Virus record (IMG/VR): IMGVR_UViG_3300020042_009392
Coordinates: 1-53,631 of that record
Direction: 5' to 3' (one strand)
Length of the DNA stretch: 53,631 nt
Source: a virus
Taxonomy: Duplodnaviria > Caudoviricetes
Under the pieces are notes generated by a model that worked only from the letters and a program-made list of their open reading frames with translations, had not been told where the DNA came from and did no database searches. Position 1 is the stretch's first letter, and every line of letters begins with the position of its first letter. Position numbers and translations under genes: made by a program. This document shows, one piece after another, positions 46,870 through 53,631 of the stretch.

Positions 46870-46901
46870 TTTGGTTCGGTCAAAATTAGGTTGTATATTT
46901 A
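46870..46901 (+). promoter_or_regulatory. Class I phage promoter motif
   Basis: TTTG-N20-TATATTTA with CAAA 13 nt before TA. Confidence 0.65.
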
Positions 46902-46926
46902 AGTATAATAAAACAAAAATTACATT

Positions 46927-47088
46927 ATGAAAAAAGTAATTGCAATTTTCGCAATCGCTACATTGGTAGCATGTGGTGGTGCTTCAACTGAAGTAGCAAC
47001 AACAGATTCAACTGCAGTAGCAGTAGATTCAACAGTAGTAGCAGCAGATACAACTACAGCAGTAGTTGATACAACTGTAACTAAGTAA
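46927..47088 (+). CDS. 53-aa lipoprotein with four D(S/T)T sequons, not in the ORF track
   Basis: MKKVIAIFAIATLVAC-GGASTEVATTDSTAVAVDSTVVAADTTTAVVDTTVTK*; own promoter motif and downstream hairpin. Confidence 0.85.
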   Translation: MKKVIAIFAIATLVACGGASTEVATTDSTAVAVDSTVVAADTTTAVVDTTVTK

Positions 47089-47095
47089 GTTATTA

Positions 47096-47120
47096 TGGCC
47101 CTTCCAGTTTGGTAGGGCCA
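47096..47120 (+). terminator. Hairpin after the lipoprotein gene (terminator or stabiliser)
   Basis: TGGCCCT.CCA-GTT-TGG.AGGGCCA; no clear T-run. Confidence 0.45.
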
Positions 47121-47143
47121 AATTACTGCTTTAAATTAACATT

Positions 47144-47509
47144 ATGTATAGAATTAAAGAATATATTAGAAAAATTAAAAACCTAATTAGATGGGCTCCT
47201 ATTATATGGAAAGATCGTGATTGGGATTATTATTTCATCTACGAAATATTAAAGCACAAACTTACATTTACTGAAAAGTATATTCGTGAGAAAGGTATTC
47301 ATATGTACAATACTGAGGATGCTGATAGTATTTTAAAAGCAATCGATTTAATAGATAAAGTACAAACCGAATATCATCTTGATAAGTATTTATCAGAGGT
47401 TACAGAATGGAATAGAGAGGGTATAGATAAAGCAGTAGAAGATCATGATAAAGTAAAACAGGAATTATTTCAACACTTAAACGACAACATAGAAAAATGG
47501 TGGGACTAA
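47144..47509 (+). CDS. Hypothetical protein
   Basis: IWKDRDWDY...IEKWWD. Confidence 0.65.
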   Translation: MYRIKEYIRKIKNLIRWAPIIWKDRDWDYYFIYEILKHKLTFTEKYIREKGIHMYNTEDADSILKAIDLIDKVQTEYHLDKYLSEVTEWNREGIDKAVEDHDKVKQELFQHLNDNIEKWWD

Positions 47510-47640
47510 TTATATCAATTGCAGTAGCAGTTATTGTATCTATACTTTGGGTTAGAGGTATAGACAATATGAAAAACAATCATCCAAAATATAAGGGTGA
47601 AGATTTATTTGATGAAGACGATAAAAACCATATATTATGA
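47497..47640 (+). CDS. 47-aa single-TM protein not in the ORF track
   Basis: MVGLIISIAVAVIVSILWVRGIDNMKNNHPKYKGEDLF...; ATGA overlap with the next gene. Confidence 0.6.
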   Translation: MVGLIISIAVAVIVSILWVRGIDNMKNNHPKYKGEDLFDEDDKNHIL

Positions 47641-47897
47641 AACAATACATTAATCCAATACTAACAGCATGTTCGTTATTAGCACTATTAACAACAATAT
47701 ACTTTCAGAATGAAAGAATTAATCAATTTAAGGTTAAAGTAAAAACATTACAAACAACAGTAGATAGTTTACAGCACGAGGTGTTTGTAACTCAAAATAT
47801 GTTAACTAAGTATGAAATAACTTTAAATCAGTTAGAAAAAGTTAATCCTAAAGAAGCATTATGGTTTGTAAACTTCATGAACCACGAAACGGAATAA
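47637..47897 (+). CDS. Membrane-anchored coiled-coil protein
   Basis: N-terminal TM then heptads. Confidence 0.6.
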   Translation: MKQYINPILTACSLLALLTTIYFQNERINQFKVKVKTLQTTVDSLQHEVFVTQNMLTKYEITLNQLEKVNPKEALWFVNFMNHETE

Positions 47898-48100
47898 TGA
47901 AGTTAAAAGACAAACTAAATTCAGGCCATTATTTAGAAATGATGGATCGTCTTCATATCATAATGGAGAATTTAAACGACCATGTAATACAACATCCCGT
48001 AGCTAAAGTTAATAAGAAACTAAATGCTAAATTAAATACGGCATTAGAAAACTTATGGGATGCTTATCAAATAGCAGGAAATTTAGAAAACGAAGATTAA
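47897..48100 (+). CDS. Hypothetical protein
   Basis: ATG 47897 coupled by TAATG overlap. Confidence 0.6.
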   Translation: MKLKDKLNSGHYLEMMDRLHIIMENLNDHVIQHPVAKVNKKLNAKLNTALENLWDAYQIAGNLENED

Positions 48101-48107
48101 TATATTT

Positions 48108-48347
48108 ATGCCTATGGTACGTACAGTTTATGTCAAAGGCAAAGAATATTACGTTATAACTACAACGTTAGAGGCTGGTAGGGTTAGTCCATCAGTACAA
48201 ATTCACATTAATGTTAGTGAATTGTCAACTGAAGATAAAATATTAGTCCAAAAACACGCTAATCTATTATTAAATCACACTCTTAAAGTACCATTACACC
48301 CAAAACCAAAATCTAAGGTAGAAAAACCGTGGTATAAATTTTGGTAG
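48108..48347 (+). CDS. Hypothetical protein ending KPWYKFW
   Basis: C-terminal KPWWKFW-type amphipathic motif. Confidence 0.6.
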   Translation: MPMVRTVYVKGKEYYVITTTLEAGRVSPSVQIHINVSELSTEDKILVQKHANLLLNHTLKVPLHPKPKSKVEKPWYKFW

Positions 48348-48371
48348 GGGCAAAATAGTTACGTAAATTTA
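48340..48371 (+). promoter_or_regulatory. Class I phage promoter motif
   Basis: TTTG-N20-TAAATTTA, CAAA 13 nt before TA, ATG at +12. Confidence 0.65.
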
Positions 48372-48375
48372 GGTT

Positions 48376-49116
48376 ATGAAAACAGTTATCATTGGAGACA
48401 TCCATGGCCACGATTCGTGGAAACAAATCATTGAACAAGAACAAAACGCCGACAGATTTATATTTGTAGGTGATTACTTCGATTCATTTACAGTTCCTGG
48501 ATTAGTGCAATGCCAAAATTTTCAAGACATTATTGAGTTTAAAAAAACATCTGATAAAGTAGTAGTGTTATTGGTTGGTAATCACGATTATCATTATTAT
48601 CCTGAAATTGGAGATAGTAATACTTCAGGTTATCAAGCTAGAATGGCTCCCACTATTCAACACATTATTAGTACTAATAAAGACCATTTACAATTAGCAT
48701 ATCAATTTGATGATATATTAGTTACACATGCTGGTGTAAGTAGTGTATGGTTAGATGATATGATTACAATGTGGGATGTACCTAACTTAGCTATGTACTT
48801 GAATGATTTATTTAAATACCAACCTAATAAAGTAGGATATCGTTCATATAAACAGGTTGGAGACCAAGTATATGGTGCTGGTGGATTTGGAGATGAAACA
48901 TTCCAAGGTCCAATATGGATTCGTCCTCGTTCATTAATGAACGCTAATTATGATACACTACGTACTCAAATTAGACAAGTAGTAGGTCATACAACCAGAA
49001 AACAAATCGATATTGAAGGTAAAGCTACAGGTGGTAGATATTACTTCATTGATACAATGCCAAGAGAATACTTAATAATAACCGATGGTAAAGTAAGCCT
49101 AGGAACAATAAACTAA
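48376..49116 (+). CDS. Calcineurin-like metallophosphoesterase
   Basis: GDIHG, GDYFD, GNHD, THAG, VGHT. Confidence 0.92.
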   Translation: MKTVIIGDIHGHDSWKQIIEQEQNADRFIFVGDYFDSFTVPGLVQCQNFQDIIEFKKTSDKVVVLLVGNHDYHYYPEIGDSNTSGYQARMAPTIQHIISTNKDHLQLAYQFDDILVTHAGVSSVWLDDMITMWDVPNLAMYLNDLFKYQPNKVGYRSYKQVGDQVYGAGGFGDETFQGPIWIRPRSLMNANYDTLRTQIRQVVGHTTRKQIDIEGKATGGRYYFIDTMPREYLIITDGKVSLGTIN

Positions 49117-49120
49117 CGTT

Positions 49121-50734
49121 ATGTCAAGAATAGACGAATTAAAAAAACAACACCCACTTTACTCTTTAAGCGCTATTGATATCTATAAAATGATATCACC
49201 AGGTCAAACTAATAAGTACGTTGAAATACTTATTAAATTAGATAAAAATACAGAGTATGATTACCCAGGTGATCATCGTGCTCGATTAATAGAGGAAATG
49301 ACAGGTGAATGGGGATTAGACTATAACTATCTTGAAACGTTTGATTTAGAAACATTGATATTTCTAGTTCATAGTGTAAATAGTTTAATGCAAGGGAAAA
49401 TTTCATTATTCACTAAATTCGCTTCATTAAATGAACGTAAATTAATTAATAATAACGACGTTACAACTTACTCAACGTGGGATGAAATTGTGCAAGCAGT
49501 TGCATTAGCTGAACTTAAATTAATAGACAAGGAAACAGCTAAACAAATTAAAAAGATATACGAGGACGATGAATGGTTATCATTAAGACCACTATCACTA
49601 GAGGCATCTATAAAATATGGTGCTAACACTAAATGGTGTACTACAACTGAATCAGGTCAGTATTATGCTCGTTATTCATCTCGTGGTATATTAATCTATA
49701 ATATTAATAAGAAAACAGGCTATAAAGTAGCTTGCTTTAAAAATTTAAGCCCAGATCATGATAATGAATTTTCATGGTGGGATGTTACTGATAAGAAAAT
49801 TGAGGCACTAGAATCAGAAGCACCATCTGCAGTATTAGAAGCAATTAGAAATGAAATCAAAACCACTACTGTTTCTAACCAGATGTTAATGACTAAAGCT
49901 GAAAGTGATAAGTTAGAAGCTTATAAGGAAGGAAATAAATACAGAGCAGAACAGCCAGAAGACCCTAGACTTCACATAACAGGCGGATTAAATTACTACC
50001 CAGGTTCAACCACTACTAATACTCTAGTATTTAATCCATCAACATCTACTTCATCAAACACATTAACATATAACACAAGTGGTAATGTAGGAATAGGCAC
50101 TATAAACCCAACAACACAATTATCAGTTAACGGTGGTAATATTGAAGTTAATGATGGTGATGTAATACTTAGATCAGATGGGGTTGAACGAGCACGATTA
50201 ACAGCTAATGGATTAGAATTTACACCAGGCCGACAATATAATCACTATGATCGTCCTTTAACTAATGAAGATCAATTAAGAATTATTAGAGAATTAGCTA
50301 GTGAATTAAATGATGATGATAGAATAAGTGGAGACGCACAACAACGCCTTGATGATGCAATGGCTGAGCAATTAGCTGAAGCAAATGAACGTGTAGCTCA
50401 AAAACACCTATCACTATTAGAAAATATTGAGTTAGGAACATTAGGTATGGATGCAATTCAGAGAATGCAACGTTTAGCTGGTGTTGAAACTTTAGAACAA
50501 CGATTAGCAAGATTAGATGCTGAACGAGAAAGAATGATAAGCGATGCAAGACGAACTGATGATGAGGATGCTGAGCAATGGAAAGCAGAGCGAAAAGCAC
50601 TAACAGAAGAAGTCAATGTGGCAGAACAACCAGTCGTACATTCTAAACACAATTGGATAGATAAAATAAAATCAGGTTATGAGAAAATTAAAGTATATAT
50701 TACACGATCTAAGATGGCTAAAGATACTAAATAG
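49121..50734 (+). CDS. Multi-domain hypothetical protein (YG..TKWCT domain, GNVGIGT segment, coiled coil)
   Basis: PLSLEASIKYGANTKWCTT; GNVGIGTINPTTQLSVNG; helical C-terminus. Confidence 0.7.
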   Translation: MSRIDELKKQHPLYSLSAIDIYKMISPGQTNKYVEILIKLDKNTEYDYPGDHRARLIEEMTGEWGLDYNYLETFDLETLIFLVHSVNSLMQGKISLFTKFASLNERKLINNNDVTTYSTWDEIVQAVALAELKLIDKETAKQIKKIYEDDEWLSLRPLSLEASIKYGANTKWCTTTESGQYYARYSSRGILIYNINKKTGYKVACFKNLSPDHDNEFSWWDVTDKKIEALESEAPSAVLEAIRNEIKTTTVSNQMLMTKAESDKLEAYKEGNKYRAEQPEDPRLHITGGLNYYPGSTTTNTLVFNPSTSTSSNTLTYNTSGNVGIGTINPTTQLSVNGGNIEVNDGDVILRSDGVERARLTANGLEFTPGRQYNHYDRPLTNEDQLRIIRELASELNDDDRISGDAQQRLDDAMAEQLAEANERVAQKHLSLLENIELGTLGMDAIQRMQRLAGVETLEQRLARLDAERERMISDARRTDDEDAEQWKAERKALTEEVNVAEQPVVHSKHNWIDKIKSGYEKIKVYITRSKMAKDTK

Positions 50735-51290
50735 CCCGTTTAAACCATTTAAAATTGGTTTCTACGCTGGTAAAACACAGGTGGGTATTCCATACTTCCT
50801 ACCTCGTAAATGGGTTAAAGCAACACCAGAACGAGCATATAAAGAAGCTAGTGATGAAATTGAGCGTCAAGAAAAATGGAATAAACTCAATCCAGAACAT
50901 GCACGTAAAGTAAAATTAATTGGTGAAGTATTTCAAGAGAAACTAAACTATAGATTTGCAGTACCACTTAAAGTTGGATTTAGCTACTGTGGTTTAGGAT
51001 GGAAAACAAAATGGACATCTGAGGACTTCAGACATGAGTGGAATCCAGTATTATCGTTCGTATTTTTCGGATATCAAATTGCATTAACAGTATACAGTCC
51101 TTATCATTCTCACTATTGGGAACCATGGTTATACTATGAATATGCAACAGATAAAACAAAATCAAAGCGTGAGCGAATAGAGCAATGTAGGAAAGAAGCT
51201 CCACAAACATGGACTTCAAGCAGACATAATGAGGAACCAGTAACAACAGATTACTATACTAAAATACTTAAATCAAAATATCTAAAATGA
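50679..51290 (+). CDS. Hypothetical protein
   Basis: 203-aa aromatic-rich ORF. Confidence 0.65.
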   Translation: MRKLKYILHDLRWLKILNSPFKPFKIGFYAGKTQVGIPYFLPRKWVKATPERAYKEASDEIERQEKWNKLNPEHARKVKLIGEVFQEKLNYRFAVPLKVGFSYCGLGWKTKWTSEDFRHEWNPVLSFVFFGYQIALTVYSPYHSHYWEPWLYYEYATDKTKSKRERIEQCRKEAPQTWTSSRHNEEPVTTDYYTKILKSKYLK

Positions 51291-51586
51291 AACGAGTAGA
51301 TAAAAATAAACTGATATTAAAGGAACTAATCGATAAGATGTTTGAAATAGCAGGTCATCCTCTTAAATTTGAAGACGTTGAAGGTAGAACTGATAATTGG
51401 TTTCAACAACACACAATGACTGAAGCTCAAAATGAGGAGTGGCGAGAGTGGGGTATTAAACTTATAATGAAAAAGCGACGTTATAATAGGTATTTAGCTG
51501 ATCGTGAAATAAGAATGTTAGATTTATATTGTGGATTAAAAATATCAGATTCAAAATATGGTAGGGAAGAAACAACCGAAGCGTAA
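51287..51586 (+). CDS. Hypothetical protein
   Basis: ATGA-coupled ORF. Confidence 0.65.
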   Translation: MKRVDKNKLILKELIDKMFEIAGHPLKFEDVEGRTDNWFQQHTMTEAQNEEWREWGIKLIMKKRRYNRYLADREIRMLDLYCGLKISDSKYGREETTEA

Positions 51587-51761
51587 TTGGTTCATTGTAA
51601 TGAACTCACAACTAGAATACTTTAGTGGATTAATGTATGGTGGTCAGTTAGTATGGTGTAGCGACTATAGCGAAGCAAAACCACTAGACGACGAAGCTAA
51701 ATTTAGAACGTTGCAAATGCTTTGCTTAGGCGAGGAACTGGTCTTAGATTACATTAAATAG
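51558..51761 (+). CDS. Hypothetical protein
   Basis: ORF in operon. Confidence 0.55.
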   Translation: MVGKKQPKRNWFIVMNSQLEYFSGLMYGGQLVWCSDYSEAKPLDDEAKFRTLQMLCLGEELVLDYIK

Positions 51762-51766
51762 TAGTT

Positions 51767-51961
51767 ATGGAAGACGAATATATGAAACGCGTTCGAGAAC
51801 GCTTCTATAAAATAGTAAGGGAAACAAATTGGGGCGCTGATGAAGAACGTGTATGTAAAGCTAGAGGCCGCAAACCAAAACCATATATCAGATACGAATC
51901 TCAACCTAGAACACCATTTGAAAAACAATCACTTAAACAATCTAAATATAATTGGCTATGA
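51767..51961 (+). CDS. Small basic protein with AT-hook-like RGRKPK
   Basis: KARGRKPK. Confidence 0.55.
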   Translation: MEDEYMKRVRERFYKIVRETNWGADEERVCKARGRKPKPYIRYESQPRTPFEKQSLKQSKYNWL

Positions 51962-52164
51962 GTAACAAGTATGAAGCATTAGGTAGTAATCTATTCGGAT
52001 TTGAAGTATTCGAAGAAGTATTTAAAGTAATCAATGAGCGTGGAATGGGAAATCAGGAACAAATGTTTAAAGCAGGTGTAGCAAGTGCTGAAGCCGCTGT
52101 TAGACGTTTACGTGAAGAATATTACGAAACATTGAAATTCCTAGCTGATGAATCAGTAGCGTAG
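51958..52164 (+). CDS. Hypothetical protein
   Basis: ATGA-coupled ORF. Confidence 0.55.
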   Translation: MSNKYEALGSNLFGFEVFEEVFKVINERGMGNQEQMFKAGVASAEAAVRRLREEYYETLKFLADESVA

Positions 52165-52176
52165 ATATTTATCGGC

Positions 52177-52809
52177 ATGAAGAAATGCCTAATATCCCTA
52201 CTATTAACACTAGTAGCCGTTATATCTTACAGTCAAGATGTAGTTATATTAACACATAAATCGTACACAACGCACTATAGCAAGTCAAAACACTACCCCG
52301 TTAAGGTGGAATGGTGGATTACCAAATCATCATTAACGTGTCCTGTTAAGGCTAAACGTAGCGATAAATTTATTGCTGATCCTAAATCACCATCTGAAAC
52401 AAATCTACAATCAGACTATACAGGTGCTGGATTCGATCGTGGACATAATTTTCCAGCCGCTGACGCTTCATGTGATCAGATAGCAAATGACGAATCATTT
52501 TACTTCAGTAATATGACTGCTCAATATCCATCACTCAATCGTGGTGATTGGAAAACATTAGAGATGTTATCTCGTGAATTAGCACTTAAAGACGATTCAA
52601 TTAAAATATGGTGTGGATCAGTAGGTGTAGCAAATAAAATAGGCACTACATCAGTACCAACTCAATGTTGGAAAGTAGTTTATGTTAAGAAGACAAAGGA
52701 ATACATGGCATTTATATTTGATAACAATACAACTAAAGCGGACGGATTAAATAATAATAAGGTCGACTTAGCTAAAGTTGAAAAATTAACAGGATTTAAG
52801 TTTAAGTAA
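52177..52809 (+). CDS. Exported DNA/RNA non-specific endonuclease (NucA/EndG family)
   Basis: Signal peptide then Q; DRGH, FYFSNMTAQ..LNRG.W..LE, VP..CWKV. Confidence 0.9.
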   Translation: MKKCLISLLLTLVAVISYSQDVVILTHKSYTTHYSKSKHYPVKVEWWITKSSLTCPVKAKRSDKFIADPKSPSETNLQSDYTGAGFDRGHNFPAADASCDQIANDESFYFSNMTAQYPSLNRGDWKTLEMLSRELALKDDSIKIWCGSVGVANKIGTTSVPTQCWKVVYVKKTKEYMAFIFDNNTTKADGLNNNKVDLAKVEKLTGFKFK

Positions 52810-53207
52810 TGTTCGTACCAAATCATCTCCACCTATTAGTAAAGGGCTATATTAATAACCCACCACAGTCAGAAGCAGTATTAAACCAATGGTTTAAAGA
52901 ATTAGTAAATAAAGTCGGAATGGTAGTTGTAGCAGGACCTACCTCAGTATATGTTAGTGAGCCCGGAAACGAAGGTATAACAGGTACTGTAACGCTAGCT
53001 ACATCACACGCCTCAATTCATGTTTGGGATGCAATTCATCCATCAATGTTCCAATTCGATTTATATAGTTGCTCCGATTTTACCCCTGAGCAAGTATTAA
53101 ACCATATCAATGAACACTTCAATTTACAATCAGCAACATGGCAGTTCATAGACAGAAACAGCGATGAATTTAAGTTGATTGATAATGGTAAGTGGGTGGC
53201 AGAATAG
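52809..53207 (+). CDS. speD: Pyruvoyl-dependent SAM decarboxylase-like proenzyme
   Basis: HL, GITG..TLATSHASIHVW, DLYSC. Confidence 0.75.
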   Translation: MFVPNHLHLLVKGYINNPPQSEAVLNQWFKELVNKVGMVVVAGPTSVYVSEPGNEGITGTVTLATSHASIHVWDAIHPSMFQFDLYSCSDFTPEQVLNHINEHFNLQSATWQFIDRNSDEFKLIDNGKWVAE

Positions 53208-53239
53208 AGATTGTATATTCATCTCAAATAAATAAAAAT

Positions 53240-53443
53240 ATGGCATTTCAAACTCGTGACGAAGCGCAAGACAAAGTAAGTAGAAAGTTAGACAGAGTAT
53301 TAAATAAGAAAAAGAAACATGTGCCATTGAGCCAGGAGAGTTGGGATGATTTATTTAGAAGAGGTGCATCATTAGCAGAACAGGAAGAGTGGATAGTGCT
53401 AAGACGCAGACAAAAAGAACGAGACATAAATAACAAAGCATAA
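53240..53443 (+). CDS. Small basic hypothetical protein
   Basis: ATG 53240 behind a class I motif at about 53200-53221. Confidence 0.55.
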   Translation: MAFQTRDEAQDKVSRKLDRVLNKKKKHVPLSQESWDDLFRRGASLAEQEEWIVLRRRQKERDINNKA

Positions 53444-53492
53444 TTTGAGGGGCAAAGCCCCTCACTTATATTCACGGCATAAATTAAAAGCC

Positions 53493-53631
53493 ATGACAGC
53501 AGAATTACAAGTTAGATGTTTAGAAGTTGAGAATTGGACCCGTTCATTAACAATGAGAGGTATGGATAGAGAAGAGGTCGTATATCGAATTGATGAAATG
53601 TATGAGCCTGAATCATTAGATGAAATGGAAG
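53493..53631 (+). CDS. Hypothetical protein, 5' partial at window edge
   Basis: MTAELQVRCLEVENW... open to the end; class I motif at 53444-53474. Confidence 0.55.
   Translation, partial: MTAELQVRCLEVENWTRSLTMRGMDREEVVYRIDEMYEPESLDEME

Noticed and set aside
1061-53475. All minus-strand ORFs and nested alternative-frame ORFs in the track
   Set aside because: They lie within or across well-supported plus-strand genes and have no motifs; those at 45619-46224 arise from low-complexity repeats
1-53631. Stop-codon reassignment
   Set aside because: Conserved genes are uninterrupted in code 11 and end at TAA, TAG or TGA at expected positions; no suppressor tRNA seen

Overview
A 53.6-kb, AT-rich, densely packed, essentially all plus-strand segment of a large (jumbo-type) dsDNA phage genome. 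The host is most likely a Bacteroidetes (DUF4494 gene, Gln directly after most signal peptides, Bacteroidetes-like promoter geometry). Order: nrdB 3' end and nrdA; a 7-deazaguanine cluster (queD, TGT-fold dpdA-like gene, Cys-less queC, queE with a stretched radical-SAM motif, folE, ferredoxin, PRTase); dCTP deaminase/dUTPase, family B DNA polymerase, sliding clamp; hsp20-groES-groEL; clamp loader subunits, a free-standing GIY-YIG endonuclease and a small-gene cassette array; a PD-(D/E)XK nuclease; a 10.6-kb glycosylation cluster; clpP; a 2.6-kb RNA island (5 tRNAs, tmRNA, 3 tRNA-shell RNAs with large inserts, about 8 other structured spacers); a 9.8-kb cluster of exported envelope proteins (cohesin/dockerin-like, C-type lectin, CTD-like lipoproteins, CsgG-like, beta-barrels); then accessory genes (metallophosphoesterase, secreted nuclease, SpeD-like). 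Best candidates for something new: the phage-encoded envelope/adhesin module, the tRNA-shell RNAs with a recurring ACACAG motif, and three CDSs whose stop codons lie inside the downstream tRNA/tmRNA. All calls come from manual motif reading and manual base-pairing; no searches or folding programs were run.
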